The notes under the pieces: generated by a model
What the model was told of the DNA's origin: nothing
The model's input: the letters and a program-made list of their open reading frames with translations, nothing else
Databases searched by the model: none
Shown here: positions 39,918-52,160 of the stretch, one piece after another
Position numbering within the stretch: the first letter of the stretch is position 1
How the letters are laid out: every line of letters starts with the position of its first letter
Source of the DNA: Azolla caroliniana
Taxonomy: Eukaryota; Plantae; Polypodiophyta
DNA: 64,000 bases
Direction of reading: 5' to 3'
Assembly (NCBI GenBank): GCA_043228905.1
Contig: JBHGNT010000006.1
Span: forward strand, 17,732,001 to 17,796,000
Made by a program: the position numbers and the translations under genes

Positions 39918-41087
39918 TAAAGATTATTTCTGGAAAAGAAATAGGATAAGGTCAAAGATATAGTCATAACATCATGTCGTGATGTAAACATATCATGGGC
40001 GAGCATTAATCGATATCATTATCTCACGTCAATACCCCTCTAGACGTATGAGATGAGGTTCAAGATCAGGTTACTATGGTAACACAAAGGTGTTTTAAAA
40101 ACCATGGGGGTGACAAATAAATGTCTTTCCCTGATCTCTATATCGATTTTTTTATGGTGGCTCCCCGAGGCTCAACCATGTATGTTCGCGTCATGAATTG
40201 TTTATACACGAAAAAAATGTTAATAATAAACTATGTTTCGGTGCCCACATATGTGGTTTCGGCTCTTTAAGTCCTATTACGAGGACCCCCAGGTGCACTT
40301 AGACCTTAAGTCTAAACATGTGTTATAGTCATATGTATCAAGGATGTTGTATGGTCTTGGTCATATTTGAACTCGAGACCTCGAGAACAAATACATTAAA
40401 CACTTGAGCCAACCAAGTAAGTTTCTCTTCTCGAATGCTTAATGTTTGATGCATATAAGAGATATGCGAGATCATATATGTTTTTTTTCAAAGAACATAT
40501 ATGTCAAGGGTCCTTATTTCGCCCTCATTTACCAAAACTATGTTGGTACGTTACCTATCCTCAAGTCTCGTAATTACGATGGCATACGCCAAAGTGCAAC
40601 CTAATGGTGAAGCCAAATGAGCCCTTGTTTCGTAGTAGGCTCACGTGGGCCATCACATGGTCACGTCATTACGAATGCCTCTCGTAAGAACGAGCTCATG
40701 GTGGCATCGTATCCATGTAACGAGGGAGGGATGTTGGATACGTGCGTCATTGGAGCGACCTCACTTGAAGTGGGTCAAGCCCTACATACTCAACATCATT
40801 ATGGCTATTGGCGTTTCTTTACGTAACGAAATCGAGGTCATCAACGGGGTTATCAACAATAAGAAATTGTTGAAAAATGGATGGTGACAACGCCATTCTC
40901 ACAAAAATGTGAGGACGGCCACCAACATCCTTTTCCCGACCATGACAACTTTCGACATAATCACGTAATAACGAATATACACATACGTTTACTTTTCACA
41001 TATATACGATCAAATACGTATATATGTGACCACATATGCCTATATTAAACATATCGTTATATTAAATAGCCACAAATGATGTGATCG

Positions 41088-41352
41088 AGATACGTAATCG
41101 AGGTATATACCTCTACGCACACGAAACATCCACAAATAAGAGATCATCGTAATACGCAATTGAGGTATTGACCTCTTACGCATACGAGACCAACCGCATA
41201 TCGTTTACAACAAATCAAGGTATTAAACTCATACGCAAACGTAACATATGTTCGTGAAAGTACTACGTAATTGAGGTATTAACCTCGTACGCATACGACA
41301 CTCATCACATATTATTAATATGTCAAACGAGGTATTGACCTCGTGCACATAT
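41088..41352. repeat. Degenerate ~60-bp tandem repeat in the chromovirus 5' leader
   Basis: About five units with the core tacg(t/c)aattgaggtatt(g/a)acctc(g/t)tacgcatacga. Confidence 0.7.
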
Positions 41353-43163
41353 GTAAACGTTTTAGATAATCAATTAAAGACCACTACAACATCATTGACT
41401 TAATGAAAAAAATTACATATAAACTAAACACATGATTAGATGGGAGAAGAGAGAATAGAAAGAAAAATTATGGAAAGAGTTACCGAAGTTCTTTGTTGAT
41501 CGTTTTCTAGATCAAGGCCAACCGCACAACAATCGATCAGCATCAATCAAAAGACAAATGAAAAACAAAGAAACATTAGTACAAAAATCTGATACCAAAT
41601 ATTATAGATCTCGGTACTAAAGTAAGCTTAAGATAAGGATAAAGAAATGAAAGATAGAAAGGAGAAAGAGAAAGAAGGGTGCCGATCCACCCAACCACCC
41701 CCGAGCGAAGGGATCGAGACGGACTCGAGCCTCGATCGGCGTCCCATACCACCGTCGTGGCGTCGAGTCGTACCTGGTGCTGGCGCGCTCGCTACAAGAG
41801 TTGACCCACCACAAGAGCAGAGTCTCGATGTAGTCAAAAGATGATCCAATGAGGGTAGCTAGGCCTCTTATTTATAGCGATACCCAAGGCCCCCAGGCAA
41901 GTTCACACTTGACCTAATAGGTTGTCTCAATCCTGAGGATTAAAAGTAATCCTCCCCTTCTTTACACTCTCGTTTAACCCTCACACTTATCCACGTGTAT
42001 AGAATACTACGGTAAATTCTTACCACGGGATATTATATGGTCATGCCCGTAACACATAGCTTCTCCTATCCTGCTTTTCGATGGGAAGCGAGCTCCCACT
42101 CCTCTATCCATGTTCTTGTCTTTTCTTTCCCGAAAACGAGAAGCCTTGTCTCTATCTTGTTCGCATGCTTTTCTGTCGACTACAAAGGAGTCTCAACCCT
42201 TGCGCTATGATACCATGTAAAAGAATGAGTGCGAAAGAGTGTGCAAAAGACATGGAGTACACAATAGATTAGTTCGAAAACTCTACAGTTAGGTAAACAT
42301 AGAGAATGGATACACAGTGAGTGAGAGAGAGACAGAGGGAGTAGACAACAACACTACAATTTCAAATAATGAACATTCTATACATACATTGTGCCCAATG
42401 AGCACTTTTTATACAAGCCCTAACAAGCGGGCTGACACAAGTACCATCAGTACTTGAATGTTCATAAATGAGCCTGACACTAATTCTACCTATAATATTC
42501 CTATTCACTATAAGAGGAATGTAGGCCCCTAACAGTCTTTTCAGATTCCCTCCAACTCGTCTCACCGCTCTCAGCTCTCAGCTTCTTCAGCCGATTCGGC
42601 CCATGTTGAGGTTGTCTATCAACATAGAGCCTCACAATGAGCGACGACCGGAGGACGATCGGTCCCGGCCAAACATCTGTTTCCAACAAGAGGATCGGTA
42701 TGGATCAGATAGAGGATTTTGGTGTGAGGACACCCGAAGGAGAGAGGATTGCCCACGGGACAGATATGATCGGGATTATTTTCTAGAGTGTGATAGAAAA
42801 ACAGGAATGGAACAAAGATATTCGGACCAGCAGGGGTACCACAATCAACATCGGAATTATAGTCCCCGACGTGGCAACCATAATCGGCGAAACAAGCACG
42901 ACGATCTACATCAGGATTACAAACGAGCTCCGGATGCCAGAAAATCTTTGCCGGAGGGCAATGTTGTACAATTAGAACAAAGGAAAATGGAGGAAATCAC
43001 ACAGACAGTTCTTGAAATGCAACCAGTAGTGGCAGAGAACGGAGAATCGAGTGGATCTAGGAAACTGTACTACTATTTTTGTTGGCAAGAAGGACATTAT
43101 AGCAACCAATGTAGCAAAAGAAAAACAACCGGCAGTAAATATGGTAAATTCAAAGGTGGACGG

Positions 43164-44436
43164 TGTCGTGAAGATCCGTCACTAGGCACGGATTGCGAGG
43201 CAGAACCGCCGGGTTCTGGACCGGAAGGATCAAAGTTCGCACCGAGCTTAGCAAGAAAGTATTTAGGATAGATTGAGAGAGAGAAAGAGATTAAGATTAA
43301 ATGCTTGACTTAGATTGAGAAAGATTGATATGGCCAAGAGAGAGATATTGAGATTAAGATTTTAACTCTTGATTTAAGAAACAAGATATATCATCAATGA
43401 ATTTTCTTCTCATTAATTTCTTAGTTCATACATGGATCCATAATACATTTTCATCCATCCTTTTATAGATGCCCCCATGCATATGATGCATGTTTGCCAT
43501 TTGGCGCTCGTGTATTACATGTGGTGCATGATAGCCATGTCACTCATTTTAGCTCTCATGCATAAGAATTTACATGTAAAAGTACGATGATAGAAATATA
43601 ATTTCAACTAAATATCTTGGCTTAGTGGTAAGGCAATTGACTACTAACTTGGAGGTGCAAGGTTCGAATCCTTACTTGCCCTCCTTGTATATTTGTATAT
43701 TTATTTATCTAGTCGCCGGATGTCGTCGCCTCGCCGGCGCCGGATGCCGCCGATTACCGGTGGCTGCCACGTCGCCGGCACCGGATGCCGCCAATCATAG
43801 GTGTCGTCGCCTCGCCTCGCCGGTTGCCGCCGGATGTCGGTTCCACCGGCTCCGTCGGATCACCAGTTGCCGGTGTGCCACCGTCACTTTGCCGGCTGCC
43901 GCAGGATCACCGGCTCCATCGCCAATCCAGTTTTGGTTGGTCAAAACCTTTACGAGTAGCTAGGCCACCTCCACTCGTAGTTCAAGTTACCTTGAAAGCT
44001 CTATGCTTCACACATACACACAAAGAAAATAGCTTTTGCTCTACCTTATATATGATGAGAGTCGTATTTGTCCTAGCTACCTCCACTCTTAGTTCAAGTT
44101 ACCTTGAAATCTCTATGCTTCACACATAGACACAAAGAAAATAGCTTTTTCTCTACCTTATATATGATGAGAGCCGTATTTGTCGTGCCTATATCAGATA
44201 TCTCATAGTTTTCTCTTTTCCTTTCACAAACTTTATACCCTCATATCTTGACATCTAATTGTCTGTTTCTCGTGTAATAAAGTGCATTCGAAATCTCTTG
44301 AAGACCTCCATCATTCTATACTTATATATTAAACTTATTTTAAATGTTATCTTCACTATTATTGTTTTATGTGATTCATAGTCGATTTTGTACGTTTTAT
44401 GTGATTTTCACACCATTGCCGAAAATCTTCACGACA
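43164..44436 (-). repeat. Trp-family LTR ('B'), copy 1 (solo-like)
   Basis: Termini tgtcgtgaag...cttcacgaca, flanks ACGG/CCGG, near-identical to 45377-46652. Confidence 0.88.
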
Positions 44437-44671
44437 CCGGTGTGCAGCAGGTCACCACCCAAGCGAAAGGGAAGACCATGGAGTGGGAAGCTCAGGAAGC
44501 TATAAGGAAGACAACCCAATAATGGGTAGAAAAAGTGAATCATCAAAATGCGGAGCAAGCATTACGAGAGCTGAGCAAACAAAGGACGGGGTTCAACATC
44601 AAATCAGAGGAAGAATCATGCACGGAGAATCCTGCATGGTAGGAACTAGAAAATTGTTAGATAACAATACC

Positions 44672-46652
44672 ATCAAGCCATCGACGATGTCTATCGATCT
44701 TGTTGCATGCTTGCTTCACCACAACCCAATCCGCCACAAGCTTGTTCGCTTGGGTATCATCTTCGAGGAGAGTCCCCAACTCTCTTCTATCCTTCATGTC
44801 CACAACCTTTAAGAAGTATAAAGTCTTGTCCTCTTCAAGTAGCACTTGATCCGTGTTGGGGAGACGGCCAAACATCTGGTCGAATTCGTCGTACACGCTC
44901 GAGGCGCTCATCTTTTTATTCTTATTCTCTATCCACTTCATCAGGGCATGTCCAGTCATCCTTGTTGAGTCTTCAGTCGCGAACTCTGCTAATATCGTTT
45001 TCTTGAACTCGGAGTATGTTTTCTTACCTTCTTGAGGTTCGATGATGCATCTTTCAACTTTGTTGGCGACAACTCTCTTGAAGCTTGCGATTTGACATGC
45101 TTCAAACACGTCCCTCTGATTCATCTCCCTTCTATATGCATCAAGGAACTTCGTAACGTTCCTTCCAACAAATTGGCCCTTGAGCTCTACGACACGATCG
45201 ACAGCCTTCTCCACGCTCGCGTCGTTGTCCCGAGATCTCATCATTTGCTCGACGATTAGCATCATCCTTTCGAGCTCTCCCGCTTGATTGCTTGAGGATG
45301 CCATCTCTAAGTATCGGTTGATCCTCGACTTGATCCTTCCTACTGCCTCTTTCACGTCGGGTTCACCACTTAATTATGTCGTGAAGATCTGTCACTAGGC
45401 GTGGATCGCGAGGCGGAACCGCTGGGTTCTGGACCGGAAGGATCAAAGTTCGCACCAAGCTTAGTGAGAAAGTATTTAGGATAGATTAAGAGAGAGAAAG
45501 AGATTAAGATTAAACGCTTGACTTAGATTGAGAAAGATTGATATGGCCAAGAGAGAGATATTGAGATTAAGATTTTAACTCTTGATTTAAGAAACAAGAT
45601 ATATCATCAATGAATTTTCTTCTCATTAATTTCTTAGTTCATACATGGATCCATAATACATTTTCATCCATCCTTTTATAGATGCCCCCATGCATATGAT
45701 GCATGTTTGCCATTTGGCATTCATGTATTACATGTGGTGCATGATAACCATGTCACTCATTTTAGCTCTCATGCATAAGAATTTACATGTAAAGTACGAT
45801 GATAGAAACATAATTTTTACTAAATATCTTGGCTTAGTGGTAAGGCAATTGACTCCTAACTTGGAAGTGCAAGGTTCAAATCCTTACTTTCCCTCCTTGT
45901 ATATTTATATATTTATTTATCTAGTCGCCGGATGTCGTCACCTCGCCGGCGCCGGATGTCGCCGGTTACCGGTGGCTGCCACATCGCCGGCACCGGATGC
46001 CGCCAGTTACTCGTGGATGTCGTCGCCTCGCCTCGCCGGTTGCCGCCGGATGTCGGTTCCACCGGCTCCGTCGGATCACCGGTTGTCGGTGTGCCACCGT
46101 CGCTTTGCCGGCTGCCGCAGGATCACCGGCTCCATCGCCAATCCAGTTTTGGTTGGTCAAAACCTTTACGAGTAGCTAGGCCACCTCCACTCGTAGTTCA
46201 AGTTACCTTGAAATCTCTATGCTTCACACATAGACACAAAGAAAATAGCTTTTGCTCTACCTTATGTATGATGAGAGCCGTATTTGTCCTAGCTACCTCC
46301 ACTCTTAGTTCAAGTTACCTTGAAATCTCTATGCTTCACACATTGACACAAAGAAAATAGCTTTTGCTCTACCTTATATATGATGAGAGCTGTATTTGTC
46401 GTGCCTATATGAGATATCTCACAGTTTTCTCTTTTCCTTTCACAAACTTTATACCCTCATATCTTGACATCTAGTTGTCCGTTTCTCGTGTAATAAAGTG
46501 CATTCGAAAGCTCTTGAAGACCTCCATCATTTTGTACTTAGATATTAAAATTATTTAAAATGTTATCTTGACTATTATTGTTTTATGTGATTCATACTCG
46601 ATTTTGTACGTTTTATGTGATTTTCAAACCATTGCCGAAAATCTTCACGACG
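44672..46652 (-). mobile_element. Family B 5' LTR (45377-46652), tRNA-Trp PBS and truncated gag
   Basis: ttcacgtcgggttcacca at 45351-45368 matches the 3' end of plant tRNA-Trp. Gag ORF 44657-45355. Confidence 0.88.
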
Positions 46653-49600
46653 CCGATGTGCAGCAGGTCACTACCCAAGCGAAAGGAAAGACCGTGGAGT
46701 GGGAAGCTCAGGAAGCTATAAGGAAGACAACCCAACAATGGGTAGAAAAAGCGAATCAGCAAAATGGGGAGCAGGCATTACGAGACCTAAGGAAACAAAG
46801 GACAGGGTTCAACATCGGATCGGAGGAAGAATCATGCATGGAGAATCCGGCATGGTAGGAACTAGAAAATTGTCAGATAACAATACCGCTAGGCAGACTT
46901 TTACAATTGGTACCCCAATTCGCGAAAGCAATTACGACCACACAAAAAAAGGAACCACTACTCGTAGCCCCAGTATAATTCATGAATCCGAGCAAAGGAC
47001 CCGTAGTGATGGTCAAAAATAATATGGTGGTAACAATGATCATCAAGGGAAAGGAAGTCCTTGGAACGATAGTTGATAGAGGATCCGGTGTAAACGTCAT
47101 CAGTGAAAATAAGTTTGACAAATTTGGCATTTGTGAATGGGAACCATGCCCATTCTGGCCGAGGATGGTGGATACAAGTTCCGTCCAACCAACACGACTA
47201 ATTCAGAACTTGGAGATCACCATGAGCATTCATTCTTTCCAAATGCCAACAATGGTACTTCAAGTGCACCAGGCGCATATCCCTTGCTGTTGGGAAGACC
47301 ATGGTTACAAACATCACATATCAAACAAAACTGGCAAAAGAATATCATCAGTTTCTACCTTGGAAAGCCTACAATGAGGGTGCCAACACAAGAACATGCA
47401 TCAAGAACCAATAAACTCATACCCTTGTGTGTGGAAGCAATCAATATGCTCGACGACTTAGCGGATGAAGAACTGGATCAGTATTTAGTAGACAACCCAT
47501 GGATTGTACCACTGTCCGAAATTAATGTCGCCGAATTTGTCACTCTGTATAATACCAACAAAGACATAGAGGCCACCGAACCAAATCAAGAAGCCATTTG
47601 GGAGCTCGGACAGGCTCAGGAGGCACAGGAGAAGGAACTAGCAGTTTCCTAGCGCATAAAGGCATCTACATTAGAGGAAGTAAACTTGGGCACGTTTGAG
47701 GAACCAGAGTCAGTGAGCATTTCCAAAGAAATGTGAATGGCAGAGAAAACAGCAATGGTAGATTTGCTTAAAGAATATCGGGATGTCTTTGCATGGTCGT
47801 ACGAAGATATGAAGGGGCTCAACCCACAATTCTATCATCATCAAATACATCTAAGCAAAGATGCCAAACCAGTAGCACAAAGACGTTACCGAATGAACCC
47901 GAATTATGTTGCCAAAGTCAAAGAGGAAATTTATTTAAATTGTTATGGGTCAGATTTACTAGGCTAGTAAAACAAGCAACATGACTGAGCCCAATCGTGG
48001 TGGTCCCCAAGAAATACAGGAAGATTAGGGTCTACGTGAACTATCGGAGACTAAACGCGGCAACAATTACAAATGCATTTCCACTACCTTTTACAGAAAG
48101 AGTGTTAGACAAGGTAGTTGGAAAGAAGGTATAGAGTTTTCTGTACAGATTTGGTGGCTACAACTAGATCCAGATGCACCTGGATGATAAGAAAGAAATG
48201 GCATTTGTGATGGAATGGGGAGTGCTCGTAATAGTGGTAATGATGTTCGACTTAAAGACCGCATTGGAAACATTTCAGCAAATAATCATCGAGATTTTTG
48301 GCGAGTACATCCCAACTTTTATGCAGGTGTTCCTGGATTATTTTGCGGTGTATAGAGGGAGGACAAAACATTTGGATCATCTCCGGATGTGCTTGGAGAA
48401 GTGTCAGAATGCAAGATTAAGCTTGAATCTGGCAAAGTGCGCATTCGGAGTAACAAGCGGCGCATTGCTTGGGCACATTGTTAGCAAGGAAGGGATCGCA
48501 ACGGATCTAGATAAACTAAAAGCAATCCCGCGGCACCTACACCAGCACCGGAAGCAGATTCTTGGGGCAGATACGGTGGCATCGCCGGATGTTGCGGTAC
48601 AGGTGTCTGGCTTAGCCGACTGTGTTCTTTGTGCACGAACTTGCACATACGCTATTCATTTACAATATGTATATTCATATACATATACGTACATGTACAT
48701 ATATATGTATATACATCTATGTATGTGAATATATGTATATTGCATGTGTATGTATGTATGTGTGTTATGTTGCAATATGTATGTATGTACTCCATAACTG
48801 AAGCTTTTTCTAGGATTCGCTAGATATACCCCCTAGCTCTGCATCCCACAACATGAACCCCTAAAGTTTACTACATAAAACTGTTTGCTTGCTATTCCGT
48901 CATCGGTAACTAATCTTATTGTAACTTGGAATTTCTTTACTACTATGTCCATTTAGCCTATGCCAGATCAATGACCAACACTCTAACAAGTTAGTTAATT
49001 TATTTGTGTGTGACCAAATTGATTCAATTAACTAGGGGCAAGCCAAGTATTTACCCTATCGATTTCAAACAATGATTTAAATGATTCATTTGAATTGATG
49101 TCGAACACTAGGTTACTAAATTACATCTAACAATAGATGCAAATGATATTCTAGTAATTTCTTCTCACACCATGCTAAAGTATACAAGAAGTTCAGTGTA
49201 TATTGATGAATCCCAAAGTCTTAAATATATATTGAGAAAACTTGGATATGCAACCAAGTCAGTTGTTTCATGTAGTATAATGGAGTTCTCATAAATTTTG
49301 GGGAGATTCAATTTAGTAAACATGTCAATGCCCAAAGACATGATTAGCTTACATATCTATGTCAATTAACCACATGTGTGTTGGTTAGACTTTCATCATT
49401 TTGCACAATTCAATGATATGGGCACAAATCAATGATATGGACATGATGATTGTTGCTTATTTTCCATATCCATTGCTTTTGTGCTACTCCGCAATTCTTT
49501 GTCGAAACACAATTGTAGTGGAGCAGTGCAAAATGGTTTGGCACTTTCTGTTCTTCATAACGGAGCCCATTTATCAAAGAAATATGGTGAAAGGAATATT

Positions 49601-50707
49601 TCAACAAGAATGAATATGTAAATGGTCATTATAGTGAAATTGGATTTCACATAAATAGGTGGCATCATGGATTAAAAATATGTATGTAATTGCCATGAAG
49701 GAATATCATGTTTTGCGAGGACCTTTTTTTATGATTTTTATGCCATTGACAAGATTAAATACATTAAATTTCTCCTTCCAATGTACACCCCTTATGAATC
49801 ATGATATTTACTTCTGAAGATTGTGAGCACATTTCACCTAGAATATCAAAACACACCCATTCATCATATTGGTGTGTTTTGACAATCTTTTGGAATGCAA
49901 AAGCCATTTAAAGCCAAAAATTGACATGCAATATCTACTGTTTCCCAATGGAACATACCCATGAACACAATTTCAATAAAAGAAATAAAATCTCAATAGA
50001 TCGTTTACCTTTGTTAGAAAAGATTCATGGGCCTTCTATCTTTAAATGGGATGTCAAATACGTACCAATCTAATGAGATCAAAATCTGTACGTGTCTTTG
50101 TTCACTCGAAAAGAAAGCCTTTATTTTCTATTCTTTAGGCATGATGAGGGAACCAATCCAAAGAATGGTGCAAGAATGCATTTAAGCCATAAATAAGTAG
50201 TGCTACAAGATAACCATCAAAGCTAGAAAATAAAATAGCAATGAATTGACACCAAAAGAGATGAAAAACCACAACTATGTTTGACACGCATTACGCATGA
50301 GAATCATTTACATGTATTATGCTAATCAATTGTTATGAGAAGAGCTCATCATAAAAATTCTAGTGATTAAACCCAACTATTATGAATTACTCGACAACGT
50401 CTCCCCCAAGAATCAAATTAACATAACCTTCCAATGGCTTAGAAGGTGTTGGAAGAATCAAGGTGTGTACATACAATAAATGCATAAGCACTTAAGATTA
50501 TAAAGAAAAAGGAAAAAGACTACGATGTTACCCTCTTCTCAAATTAACACATTTTGGATATACAATTCATTGAATCAAAACAATTGCTATTAACAAAGGT
50601 CAATAACAAACTCCCCTAAAATTGACTATTAACAAATCCACGACGGCGTTTGATTCTTCTATTTGATGACTACATACTGAGTCCAGGATTTGAGTGTTTT
50701 TTTATTC

Positions 50708-51336
50708 TCAAGACTTTTCAATGGATTTCTCAATCAAATCCGCAGCATCTTGCACCGTTGATATCAATTCCGCCCCGCTCTCGTTCACACTAATATTGAA
50801 TTCCTCTTCCAAAGCCATAACAATCTCCACCTACAGTCGATAAGAATAGACATTATCTTCTCTTCTACTCTCAGCTTGTAGATACAGAATAATGGCTTTA
50901 TTATTCATCAACATATATATCAATCTATCTTCCTCATATATTTTACCACATGATTTTTACTCATCAATCAAAGTCAGTAAGGGTAGCATTGTAATTCATA
51001 AACAATACAGCTTCTCGCATACAATTATAGCATCTGACTTCATAATATCAAAATCGGAATTTTACATTAGAGAATTAAATTGGTGGCTTATTTCAGTATA
51101 TATATTGTGTTTATGTATACCTGATCTAGAGAATCTGCACCCAAGTCTTGGAATTTAGAGTGGGGTTGGACGGTGTCTGGAGACGCGGCTAACTGCTTCG
51201 CAACAATATCCACAACTTTCTTTAGCGTCTCCGGTGTTGCGGGTGATGACGTAGCCTATGTTACATAAGGATAAAACGGCATCAAATTTATACATAGAAT
51301 ACCCAGCAGAAATATAATGTATATATATATGCATAA

Positions 51337-51372
<36 letters not shown>

Positions 51373-52160
51373 GTAGAAATATAATATATGCATATATACA
51401 GACACACATGGATGGATGAATGAATGTATGCATGCAATGTGCGGTGGTACATGCATGCATGTAGCTACCATCCAAACTGTAGAAGAAACGAAGTACACTC
51501 AATTTGTAGAGAAGAATCAAAGGCCATTCCACAACTATTAAGCAATCGGAAAAACAATAATAAAAACAATACCAACTTGTCGAGAAAGATGGAGAGCCAT
51601 GAAACAAAGTATAGAATCAATTATGGAAAAGGAAACATAAAACTATTAACAACCAATGAAGACAAAGGCAATACCCATTCTGTAGATAACAATCTACAGA
51701 AAACTGTTGAAGGATCAAAAGATATTGCAACAAATTATTACCAATTCTAGATAATAATATAAAAAAACTATAACCAACTGATACTCATTATATAAAAACC
51801 CAAACATAGGTTTTACCTCGCAAGTAATCTTAACCTTTCTTGTGACCCCCATGATTCTAAAAGAATAGCTCTTTTCTCCAGAAAAGGCCTTGAATTCACA
51901 ACCAAAAGACAAATAAATCAGTCTAAAAGATTAACCATAGAAAGCACATAAGAGGACAGAAAATGTCCCAAGGAGGTCAGTACAACAAAACCCTAATTAT
52001 TTGCAAGAGAAGGGTAAACAAAACCTAATAAGCCATAGCCCAAAGGGCATATTCCAAAGAATGAATTTCATTGTGTTTTGTTTGTTTCACATACCTGGGT
52101 TGTGGTGAAGGATAGAGAAGAAGGCAAAGTAAAGGATGTGAAGGATAGGGAAGAAGCCAT
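50708..52160 (-). CDS. ACP: Plastid acyl carrier protein, 131 aa. Exons 52160-52095, 51888-51817, 51255-51121, 50830-50708
   Basis: Ser/Thr-rich transit peptide [15 protein letters not shown], then [26 protein letters not shown]|[28 protein letters not shown]. Phosphopantetheine DSL motif present. All introns are GT-AG, phase 0. The exon 2 acceptor is AAG and less certain. Confidence 0.92.

Larger units (their letters stand above)
35043..42054 (-). mobile_element. Near-complete Ty3/gypsy chromovirus, iMet-primed
   Basis: 455-bp LTRs at 35043-35497 and 41600-42054. TSD CATAG. PBS tggtatcaga. PPT at 35498-35510. Confidence 0.95.
6970..42534 (-). mobile_element. Old truncated Ty1/copia element, host of the large nest. 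Pieces: 42534-42055, 35042-34312, 33429-33332, 7285-6970
   Basis: LTR ~42216-42534, iMet-like PBS (tgatacca, ending 42215), gag (YASWSYKMHKYL), zinc knuckle CWYCGRKGHRESEC at ~33.4 kb, protease WYVDSSASNQMT at ~7.15 kb. The frame rejoins across the removed inserts (RQGDA|DRH; KAAT|DCWY). Confidence 0.75.
42560..48530 (+). mobile_element. Decayed Ty3/gypsy gag-PR-RT fragment, same group as 61.8-64 kb, interrupted at 43164
   Basis: YYYFCWQEGHYSNQC, IVDRGSGVNV, YRDVFAWSYEDM and FMQVFLDYF. Truncated at ~48530. Confidence 0.8.

Noticed and set aside
41088-41352. CRISPR-like repeat/spacer array
   Set aside because: Degenerate tandem units within a eukaryotic LTR element, with no cas genes.
43625-44129. 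GC-rich ORFs, repeated at 45690-46360
   Set aside because: They lie within duplicated LTRs, are low-complexity and show no domain motifs.
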